From a virus: a stretch of 64,000 bases of DNA. The notes under the pieces are model-generated. The model searched no databases. It saw only the letters and a program-made list of their open reading frames with translations, and had not been told where the DNA came from. This document shows positions 57,115 to 64,000 of this stretch, piece by piece. A program made the position numbers and the translations under genes. The stretch lies in the IMG/VR virus record IMGVR_UViG_3300007760_001422, positions 32,001 to 96,000 of that record. One strand, given 5' to 3'. Positions within the stretch are counted from its first letter, which is position 1, and each line of letters opens with the position of its first letter.

Positions 57115-57426
57115 CTAATTAGCCTCTTGAATTAAATCAAATATTTGGTCCCTGTCTTCTTCTGATAGTGATTTTGAAGCCGGGCCTTCTTTCTTTTGTA
57201 AAATCGATGTCACTTTCACCAACTGCTCATTTGAGCGCTGCAGCGTTTCAACATATTTTGCTGCAATTATTCCGAGGCTTTTGTGTATTTCTTCAGAAGG
57301 TGATTTTTTAAGTTCAACAACCAAATCGGCCAATAGACTATTTGTGACCGCCCTGTCATTGCGAATGTTTGTGATTGCCTCGTTGATATAAGAATTAATA
57401 CCTTCGTTATCTATTCGTTGTCCCAC
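57115..57426 (-). CDS. Small helical hypothetical protein (terminase small subunit is a weak possibility)
   Basis: About 100 aa; AKYVETLQRSNEQLVKVTSILQKK helix; adjacent to the sigma gene. Start uncertain. Confidence 0.6.
   Translation of the reverse strand: MGQRIDNEGINSYINEAITNIRNDRAVTNSLLADLVVELKKSPSEEIHKSLGIIAAKYVETLQRSNEQLVKVTSILQKKEGPASKSLSEEDRDQIFDLIQEAN
57116..57123 (-). promoter_or_regulatory. Candidate late promoter motif GCTAATTA
   Basis: 5 nt before the ATG at 57110, overlapping the upstream stop; first gene of the baseplate block. Confidence 0.45.
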
Positions 57427-58085
57427 TTTGTTTTAAAGTCCCTATATTTGATCCGTAATTTATTAAGATTGCTAACAACCTGTTTGGTGTTCAATCCTGT
57501 TATCTCACGTATATATAGATAAATAGCTTTTTTGTTGAAAATTTCAATATCTTCAGAAGAATCAAATAAAATTTTTATAGCCTCTAATACCTTTCTTTCA
57601 TTTGCTTTAAGTTTCTCCGTTTCCCAAGAATTAATTTCTTCCCACAATATTTTCCAAAATTCAAATCTTTCTCTATCATCATAATACGTATTCTTTGTAA
57701 CCATATATTCTTCGTGGGCTTCTTGGTGTAACGATTCGAATTGAATTTCCCTTTTAGTGCGAATTGCATTCTTTTTAACTTTGTGAATAAACCAATTTTT
57801 AGTTATAACACTAAAATAAGAAAATGCCTTTGGGCCCTTATTCGGATCGAATTTGTCCAAAATGGTTGTAAGCCATATTTTGCACTCTTCTTTTAAAATA
57901 TCAATATTTGGTAAATTTGTAAACTTATACGTATATACAATTTTTTCAACCATTTCATGAAAAACAGGTTCGATAAGTCGTTTATATAAATCTGTTTTTA
58001 TCTTAAGATCATCCGTTGATGCATACAAAACTATTGCATCTTGATGTTCTTTGGTAAAATAATAGTTCTTTTTTCTTTTAGCCAT
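57411..58085 (-). CDS. Phage RNA polymerase sigma factor (T4 gp55-like, late)
   Basis: NYYFT.E...AIVLY and LDKFDPNKGPKAFSYFSVITKNWF, a sigma region 2 of the gp55 type (FDP.K...AFaYFt.I..naF). Confidence 0.8.
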   Translation of the reverse strand: MAKRKKNYYFTKEHQDAIVLYASTDDLKIKTDLYKRLIEPVFHEMVEKIVYTYKFTNLPNIDILKEECKIWLTTILDKFDPNKGPKAFSYFSVITKNWFIHKVKKNAIRTKREIQFESLHQEAHEEYMVTKNTYYDDRERFEFWKILWEEINSWETEKLKANERKVLEAIKILFDSSEDIEIFNKKAIYLYIREITGLNTKQVVSNLNKLRIKYRDFKTKWDNE

Positions 58086-58089
58086 TTTG

Positions 58090-58380
58090 TTACTCTTCTA
58101 CTTCGTTATCTTTTTCTTGAATAAAATCATATAATTCTGCATATGCTTCTACTTCTTCAACAATTTCTTTTGAATGCTGCAGCAAAGACTGCAGTCTTTC
58201 ATCTCCATAAAAAGTCTCTTGATTATAAAGTGCTTCTAGGTGAGCTGAAAAATTATTAAGTTTGTCGACAAGATCTCCGATATTTTCATCATCGGTTAAT
58301 ATTTTCTTCAATAACTGAACAATATACCAAATTAGAAGACCATTAGCTATAACTGATAGTATCAACAGGGTTAAGGTCAT
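58090..58380 (-). CDS. Small protein with N-terminal TM
   Basis: MTLTLLILSVIANGLLIWYIVQLL followed by acidic helices. Confidence 0.7.
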   Translation of the reverse strand: MTLTLLILSVIANGLLIWYIVQLLKKILTDDENIGDLVDKLNNFSAHLEALYNQETFYGDERLQSLLQHSKEIVEEVEAYAELYDFIQEKDNEVEE

Positions 58381-58637
58381 TTTTTAATGCTCCTCTTTTT
58401 AATATTCTTCTTTTCTTTTTTCAAATCTTCTTTGGCATCTTTAATAAAATTTTCCACAACACCACCAACAGGCAGATCTCGGGGGGCCTCTTTATTAACA
58501 GTAAAGAATGTCGATGGAATTCTTTCTAGAGTGTCTTGTTCGTTGCAATGATTACAATCTCTTATCTGCTCCGACATGGAGTGGGTTAGTTCAAACTGTT
58601 CTTCACAACTCTTACAATAATATGTATAGCACGGCAC
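58377..58637 (-). CDS. FmdB-family zinc-ribbon protein
   Basis: MPCYTYYCKSCEEQFE...CNHC...LERIPS. Confidence 0.82.
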   Translation of the reverse strand: MPCYTYYCKSCEEQFELTHSMSEQIRDCNHCNEQDTLERIPSTFFTVNKEAPRDLPVGGVVENFIKDAKEDLKKEKKNIKKRSIKK

Positions 58638-58639
58638 CG

Positions 58640-58852
58640 TTATTCAACTTCTGTGCTTGGTTCTTCATACTCATCATTGGTAAATTTCAATACCGGTGGG
58701 TTCATCACCATCAGGCCAGAATCCGATACCTTAAATTTAAACCCCTTCAAAACAGGAACGATATCGCTCTGTTCCATCAGGCTTTTTTGCAACGCCATCA
58801 TAACCGCCCCAACAGACTGATCTGATAGTTTTAAATCTTCTTTTTTAGGCAT
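58640..58852 (-). CDS. Hypothetical protein
   Basis: MPKKEDLKLSDQSVGAVMMALQKSLMEQSD...; the ATG at 58852 has an AAGGAG SD. Confidence 0.7.
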   Translation of the reverse strand: MPKKEDLKLSDQSVGAVMMALQKSLMEQSDIVPVLKGFKFKVSDSGLMVMNPPVLKFTNDEYEEPSTEVE

Positions 58853-59738
58853 GTGTTTCTCCTTCATTTTCTTTAAGGAAGCATCTGCTTATTCCCTCTT
58901 CTAGTGTTATCTTTGCAGACCAGCCCAATTCATTTAGTGGGGCTGTGTCTGCTTTAGAGTAAAAAATATCGCCGCTTCGTTCGTTTTTATGCATAAATTC
59001 TATATTTGGTTTTTTTCTTTGTATAATATTTTTTATAGAGTTTAATGATACACTTTCTCCCGTTCCAATATCATAACTCTGGCCGCGTAAGGGCCCATAG
59101 TGTTCCATCATAAACATATTTGCAGACACTACATCATCGACATGAATAAAGTCCCTGCTCTGATCGCCGTAGCCATTAATAAAAGGAATTTTATCCTTTT
59201 TTATATAATCCATCCAGTTGGATATAACTGTTGCATATGCATCGTTAGGCTTTTGATCTTCAGAGTATACATTAAAATATCTTAAACATACCGTATCCAA
59301 ATTATACAATTTTGAATAAAGCTTGCATTCCATTTCAGAAATCAATTTCTGTAGACCATATGGGCTTTCTGGTTCGCAGTCAGAGGAATTTCCATATACC
59401 GCTGCAGAGCTTGAATAAACAAATCTCTTGGCGCCAACCTTTCTTGCAAAATTTAAAAGATAACTAGTGCAAAGTACATTGTTCTCCAAGGACTCAACCG
59501 GCTTTTCTACGCTATATTGCACAGAAGGTAAGCATGCCAAATGAAAAACATAATCGGGCTTAAAGTTATAATAGTGAGGATGGAACCTCCCATCGGTATA
59601 TTCTTTAAAGTCGCGAAGAATATTATGATTATGATCGCTCAAATCAATCCCTTGCACTTCGTGGCCGGCCTCTCTCAATTTTCGAGACAGTTTTGCTCCT
59701 ATATAGCCCTTATGTCCGGTTACCAAACAACGACTCAT
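58845..59738 (-). CDS. NAD-dependent epimerase/dehydratase (extended SDR)
   Basis: LVTGHKGYIG, VFHLA, YSSSAAVYG, YGLQK (YxxxK), LRYFNVY and RDFIHVDD. Confidence 0.92.
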   Translation of the reverse strand: MSRCLVTGHKGYIGAKLSRKLREAGHEVQGIDLSDHNHNILRDFKEYTDGRFHPHYYNFKPDYVFHLACLPSVQYSVEKPVESLENNVLCTSYLLNFARKVGAKRFVYSSSAAVYGNSSDCEPESPYGLQKLISEMECKLYSKLYNLDTVCLRYFNVYSEDQKPNDAYATVISNWMDYIKKDKIPFINGYGDQSRDFIHVDDVVSANMFMMEHYGPLRGQSYDIGTGESVSLNSIKNIIQRKKPNIEFMHKNERSGDIFYSKADTAPLNELGWSAKITLEEGISRCFLKENEGETHA

Positions 59739-60703
59739 CTTTTTATCGCCTCTAAATCTGTTTCATACATCATTCTGGCCAACATGTTTAAATCGGTTTT
59801 GGGCTCCCACCCTAAATGTTTTTTCGCCTTCGATGAATCTCCAATCAAATATGGCACTTCATGAGGGCGAAAGAATTTAGGATCAATTTCTACATATTTT
59901 TCTGCTGGGCCTAGGTCCGCATAATCAAACACCAAGTCTAAAAATTCTTTCACAGAGTGGGTCTTTCCGGTTGCAATTACATAATCATCTGGCCGGTCTT
60001 GCTGCAGCATGAGCCACATGGCTTCCACATAATCGCCGGCAAAGCCCCAGTCTCTTTTTGCTTCCAAATTACCCAAAAACAATTTGTCTTGGCGCCCTAG
60101 TTTTATATTTGCTGCGGCCATTGTTATTTTTCTTGTGACAAATGTTTCGCCGCGGCGGGGTGATTCATGATTAAATAAAATACCACTCGATGCATGAACT
60201 CCATACCCTTCCCTATAATTTCTTACAAGATTGTGTGCAAATACTTTTGCGCAAGCATACGGCGAAGCAGGCATAAGTTTTGAATGTTCATCAAACGGAG
60301 GCTCGGGATTATCCCCAAACATCTCTGATGAAGACGCTTGATAAAATTTTGCATCAGGAACTATATCTTTAGCTGCATTAATCAATTTTAATGTTCCCAT
60401 CACTATTCCATCTACTGTGTATTCAGGTATATCAAACGATACTCTAACATGCGATTGGCATGCTAAATTATAAATTTCATCTGGTTTATATTTTAATAAC
60501 ATAGACCACATACACCCGGCATCACTTAAATCAAAGTAGTGCATTTTAAAGTTTGAATTTTTATAAATATGATTGACTCTATCCGTTGTTAATAGGGAAG
60601 TTCTTCTTTTTAGTCCAACAACCCTGTAGCCCTTGTTCAAAAGAAATTCTGCAAGGTATGAGCCGTCTTGGCCGGTTATGCCAGTAATTAAAGCTGTTTT
60701 CAA
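59735..60703 (-). CDS. gmd: GDP-mannose 4,6-dehydratase
   Basis: ALITGITGQDGSYLAE, QSHVRVSF, YQASSSEMFG, LFNHESPRRGETFVTRKIT and RDWGFAGDYV. Confidence 0.97.
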   Translation of the reverse strand: MKTALITGITGQDGSYLAEFLLNKGYRVVGLKRRTSLLTTDRVNHIYKNSNFKMHYFDLSDAGCMWSMLLKYKPDEIYNLACQSHVRVSFDIPEYTVDGIVMGTLKLINAAKDIVPDAKFYQASSSEMFGDNPEPPFDEHSKLMPASPYACAKVFAHNLVRNYREGYGVHASSGILFNHESPRRGETFVTRKITMAAANIKLGRQDKLFLGNLEAKRDWGFAGDYVEAMWLMLQQDRPDDYVIATGKTHSVKEFLDLVFDYADLGPAEKYVEIDPKFFRPHEVPYLIGDSSKAKKHLGWEPKTDLNMLARMMYETDLEAIKR

Positions 60704-61626
60704 TTTATTCCTCTAACCTCCGGATAATTAATTATAAACCATTCACATGTATTTTTTAACGCTTCAGTGAATTCAGTATAATTTTCTTTTTCCCAGCCTA
60801 GTTCTAAAAGCTTTTTATTATCAGACGGCTTTCTATATTGGCCAGCTGGCATGTCATCTTGCCAAATGATCTCGCCGTGAAATTCAAAGATATCACAAAT
60901 TATATTAGCCACCTCTTTAATCGAATACTCTTTTGTGTTTCCTATGTTTATTGGATGTTTACCATCATACTTGTCTAACAAAAATAACAAAATTCTTGCC
61001 ACATCATGTGAATAAGTAAACTCTCGCAATGGCGAACCATCTCCCCACAATTTAACACTGGTATTATTATTTTTTGCTTCATATACTTTTCTTATTATAG
61101 CTGGTAGTACATGACTGTCGTTTAAATGAAAATTATCATTTATTCCAAAAAGATTATTTGGAATGGCTGTTATAAAATTGCAACCATGCTGTTTTCTATA
61201 GGCACGAGATTGAACATCTAACATTCTTTTTGCATATGCATACCCAAAGTTTGAATAATGGGGTTCGCCGTTATGAAACTGTTCTTCTGTGAGCGGATAA
61301 GTTACCTCGTTTGGGTAAACGCATGTACTTAATAAGGAAATGACCTTTTTGGTGCCATAACGATGAGCAGCATCCAAAACGTTAGTATTGATTAGTATGT
61401 TGTCTATAAAGAAGTCTCCAACATAATCACTATTTGCTTTCACTCCTCCAACCTTTGCAGCTAAATGTATTACTTGTTTTGGTTCGTAATATGAAAACAT
61501 TCTAGAAACCTCTTTCTTATCTTTAAGATCGAAGTTCTTGGTCCCAACAAAAACAGCATCGGGCACTAGTTCCCGAAGGGCTACGCCGACCATTCCAGTA
61601 CCACCTGTCACTAAAATATCAACCAT
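60700..61626 (-). CDS. fcl: GDP-L-fucose synthase
   Basis: ILVTGGTGMVG, IHLAAKVGG, LSTCVYP, YAYAKR, SHVLPAII and WGDGSPLREF; adjacent to gmd. Start reassigned to 61626. Confidence 0.93.
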   Translation of the reverse strand: MVDILVTGGTGMVGVALRELVPDAVFVGTKNFDLKDKKEVSRMFSYYEPKQVIHLAAKVGGVKANSDYVGDFFIDNILINTNVLDAAHRYGTKKVISLLSTCVYPNEVTYPLTEEQFHNGEPHYSNFGYAYAKRMLDVQSRAYRKQHGCNFITAIPNNLFGINDNFHLNDSHVLPAIIRKVYEAKNNNTSVKLWGDGSPLREFTYSHDVARILLFLLDKYDGKHPINIGNTKEYSIKEVANIICDIFEFHGEIIWQDDMPAGQYRKPSDNKKLLELGWEKENYTEFTEALKNTCEWFIINYPEVRGIN

Positions 61627-62695
61627 TTTCCCCTCCATAAATAACGTTAAAAATTCGTTTGGCAGCGTTGCCGTCCCATTTTTCCGGTATGTTGCCCCTT
61701 TTGTATTCCCCGCTATCTATTTGTTTAATCAGTCGTGTTATGTCGTTAACGCCATCAACAAGGGTATTGGTGCCAATTGTTACTGTGCTTGGCCTTTCTG
61801 TGTTTTTTCTATAAGTTAGGCAAGGCTTCCGAAGAAAGGTAGTTTCCTCTTGTAATCCACCAGAATCAGTTATTACAATATAACTTTTCTTCACCATATG
61901 TAAAAATTCCAAATAGCCAACTGGCTCTATAATATCCAAGTTTTTAACCGATTTAAATTCATCCCATAGATTAAATTTTTTAATATTATTAATTGTTCTA
62001 TAGTGCGCAGGAAAAATTATTGGATATTCAATGCTCTTAAAGATTTCCAACACTTTCTTAAGTGCGATTTCAGTATCAACATTCGATGGCCGATGACAAG
62101 TAAAGAGAACATATTTTTTATCTGAATAATTCATTTCTATATGTTTGCTCTTTGTTTTTTCAACATTTCTAACAAGAGAGTCTATCATTGTGTTTCCGAC
62201 AAAGTGTATCTTTTGTGTCGGTATGTTGGAAATAAACAAATTTGCCAACCCATTGCTTTCTGTGACGAAAAGCATGTCACTAATGCTGTCGACGAGGATC
62301 CGATTAATTTCTTCCGGCATTGTCATGTCGCCGCTGCGCAAGCCAGATTCAACGTGGGCAACTTTAATATTAAGCTTTGAGGCGGCTATGGCAGCCGCCA
62401 AAGTAGAATTTACGTCGCCATAAACAAAAACCATATCTGGTTCTTCAGAAATAAAAATTTTTTCAATTGTTTCTAAAACGCGTGCTGTTTGGGCGCCATG
62501 GGTGCCAGAGCCAACGCCCAAATTATAGTCTGGCTCTGGCATGTTCAAAGAATTAAAAAAAGTATCTGACATCTGGGGACTATAATGTTGCCCTGTATGT
62601 ATCACAACTTGTTTGTCTCTTTTTGCAAGACAGTTGATCACGGGAGCGGCCTTTACAAAGTTTGGGCGGGCGCCAACAACATGAATTATTTTCAT
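61619..62695 (-). CDS. wecB: UDP-N-acetylglucosamine 2-epimerase (non-hydrolysing)
   Basis: VGARPNFVK, HTGQHY, HVESGLRS, PEEINR, TDSGGLQEE and TERP. Confidence 0.95.
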   Translation of the reverse strand: MKIIHVVGARPNFVKAAPVINCLAKRDKQVVIHTGQHYSPQMSDTFFNSLNMPEPDYNLGVGSGTHGAQTARVLETIEKIFISEEPDMVFVYGDVNSTLAAAIAASKLNIKVAHVESGLRSGDMTMPEEINRILVDSISDMLFVTESNGLANLFISNIPTQKIHFVGNTMIDSLVRNVEKTKSKHIEMNYSDKKYVLFTCHRPSNVDTEIALKKVLEIFKSIEYPIIFPAHYRTINNIKKFNLWDEFKSVKNLDIIEPVGYLEFLHMVKKSYIVITDSGGLQEETTFLRKPCLTYRKNTERPSTVTIGTNTLVDGVNDITRLIKQIDSGEYKRGNIPEKWDGNAAKRIFNVIYGGENG

Positions 62696-63639
62696 ATGTT
62701 ATAATATTCTCTCATCCAATCAATGGTGTTGTGAACGCCCTCTTTCAAACTTACAGACGGACTGTGTTTAAGATCTCGCTCTGCTCTAGAGGCATCGACA
62801 AATTTGTGTTTGGTGGTTAAAATTTCATGTTTGTCTGCATAATTCACCAAAGAGGGGTCGGCACCAGTTTTATTCAAAATAATCTCTGCCAAAGTTTCAA
62901 TTGAATGATTCTCTTTGCTAGCTATATTATATTTTTCACCAGCTTTAAAATTATCAATAATGTTGCTAATTGTGTTAACTGCATCATAAATATACGTACT
63001 TGTTCTAGTGTGACCTTTAAAAACCGTAATTGGCCTATTGTGTAATAAATTATAACAAAACAAACAATTAACGCTTCTGAAGGGGTGGTACCATTCTCCG
63101 GGGCCATAGGTATTGAATATTCTCACAATAACAGTATCTGTATTGTATTGGATTCTAGAATTGTGTATCTGCATCTCATTGACTCTTTTGGACATCGCAT
63201 AATCATTCATTTGTATAATGGGTTCCCGATCTAGAAGATCCTCATACATGATTCCCTCCCAGTCTCCATATACTTCTGATGAAGAACAGTGCACCAATTT
63301 AAACCCTAGGCGCTCTTGTAATCTAATAATATTTTTTAATCCAATGGCATTAGATTTCCACACCTTTTCATAAAAAAATTCTCCATTCCAGCGGCCGAAC
63401 TCTGCTGCACAATTAAAAACAACATCTGGCTTTACATATTCTATTACATCCTGTATCTGCCTATACTCTGATATGTCGCAGCGAAAATAATTATCATTTT
63501 CAACTTTTCCCATGCCGTGAGCATATATTTTATTCGTATGTAACAGATCGACACCAAAAACGGAATGGCCTTTTTTTATTAATACTTCTTCTAGCTTTTC
63601 CCCAACAACTCCAGCGACACCGGTTACTAAAACTCTCAA
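62692..63639 (-). CDS. NAD-dependent epimerase/dehydratase (extended SDR)
   Basis: VLVTGVAGVVG, SSSEVYG, YAMSK and RIFNTYGPGE; TTG start at 63639 after a GAGGGG SD. Confidence 0.9.
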   Translation of the reverse strand: MRVLVTGVAGVVGEKLEEVLIKKGHSVFGVDLLHTNKIYAHGMGKVENDNYFRCDISEYRQIQDVIEYVKPDVVFNCAAEFGRWNGEFFYEKVWKSNAIGLKNIIRLQERLGFKLVHCSSSEVYGDWEGIMYEDLLDREPIIQMNDYAMSKRVNEMQIHNSRIQYNTDTVIVRIFNTYGPGEWYHPFRSVNCLFCYNLLHNRPITVFKGHTRTSTYIYDAVNTISNIIDNFKAGEKYNIASKENHSIETLAEIILNKTGADPSLVNYADKHEILTTKHKFVDASRAERDLKHSPSVSLKEGVHNTIDWMREYYNI

Positions 63640-63641
63640 TT

Positions 63642-64000
63642 TTATTCCCCTCTGACTTCCTTGTTTTTGTCCCATGCTGCCGAAAGCACTTTGGTGTCAA
63701 CACCAAGGCGCTGCGCAAAATGAATCATTGCATTTAAATCTTTTGGAAAGCACTTGCCTCCATAGCCCATTCGCCCATCTGGTCCCGGGACACTTATGTG
63801 GGAGTCACCAACCCTGCTGTCTGATATTAGGCCCTCTACGGCCGAGTCCCATGTTGCCCCGAAATTATCACTAATTTGCCTCATTTCATTCATAAAGCTC
63901 AATTTTACAGAGAAAAAACAATTCAACAAATATTTAATAAACTCTGCAGTAACCGTATCTGTAACTGTATATTTCATTGATGAGAATCTTTTTTCATAAA
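63642..64000 (-). CDS. ugd: UDP-glucose/GDP-mannose dehydrogenase family protein (5' part outside the window)
   Basis: AEFIKYLLNCF..VKLSFMNE and GYGGKCFPKD (catalytic Cys); the frame stays open to the window end. Confidence 0.88.
   Translation of the reverse strand, partial: YEKRFSSMKYTVTDTVTAEFIKYLLNCFFSVKLSFMNEMRQISDNFGATWDSAVEGLISDSRVGDSHISVPGPDGRMGYGGKCFPKDLNAMIHFAQRLGVDTKVLSAAWDKNKEVRGE

Larger units (their letters stand above)
1..64000 (-). other. Segment of a large T4-related (myovirus-type) phage genome
   Basis: Co-oriented terminase, T4 gp20-like portal, gp21-like protease, gp6/gp25/gp5-like baseplate genes, sigma factor and lysis genes. No bacterial housekeeping context and no integrase seen. 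Confidence 0.95.

Noticed and set aside
54397-57135. Plus-strand ORFs of 134-226 aa (Phe/Ser/Ala/Gly-rich)
   Set aside because: Antisense to the K/E/A- and P-rich segments of the 1313-aa gene; the composition is the mirror of those codons. The same applies to the other short plus-strand ORFs in the window.
1-64000. Stop-codon reassignment as in some jumbo phages
   Set aside because: Genes are long and gap-free in the standard code, and TAA, TAG and TGA all occur at natural gene ends.
1-64000. CRISPR array, tRNA genes, diversity-generating retroelement, IS elements
   Set aside because: Intergenic gaps are at most about 160 nt, and I saw no repeat-spacer pattern, cloverleaf, reverse transcriptase or transposase by eye; tRNAscan and CRISPR tools were not run.
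58845-64000. Sugar cluster as a host O-antigen locus (prophage boundary or chimera)
   Set aside because: The genes overlap continuously into phage-type genes and the sigma factor on the same strand, with no att site, integrase, wzx/wzy or obvious compositional break.

Overview
The window is a segment of a large, lytic, T4-related (myovirus-type, probably jumbo) bacteriophage genome. Essentially all real genes are on the minus strand, and the standard genetic code gives uninterrupted ORFs up to 3451 aa. In transcription order (64000 to 1) it contains: a nucleotide-sugar cluster (ugd-like, two SDR epimerases, wecB, fcl, gmd); a gp55-like late sigma factor; a baseplate/tail block (gp5-like hub with SGNH and lytic-transglycosylase domains, spike, gp25, gp6, a 3451-aa LamG protein); RuvC, primase and a fused SbcD-SbcC; a lysis cassette with two endolysins; terminase, portal and prohead protease; a phage ribosomal protein bS21; and two tail fibres. 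Signals of most interest: (1) a dense [S/T]-[G/A/S]-[S/T] motif restricted to a subset of virion proteins, next to sugar-activation genes (candidate virion glycosylation system); (2) a baseplate hub protein combining an SGNH esterase with a lytic transglycosylase; (3) a recurring N(C/A)TANTTA late-promoter-like motif, in several cases positioned to give leaderless mRNAs; (4) an unannotated 18-aa VRRCCKGS peptide plus hairpins between a CxxC membrane protein and the prohead protease; (5) a LamG domain nested inside another LamG domain. All calls come from reading motifs by eye; no database searches were run.
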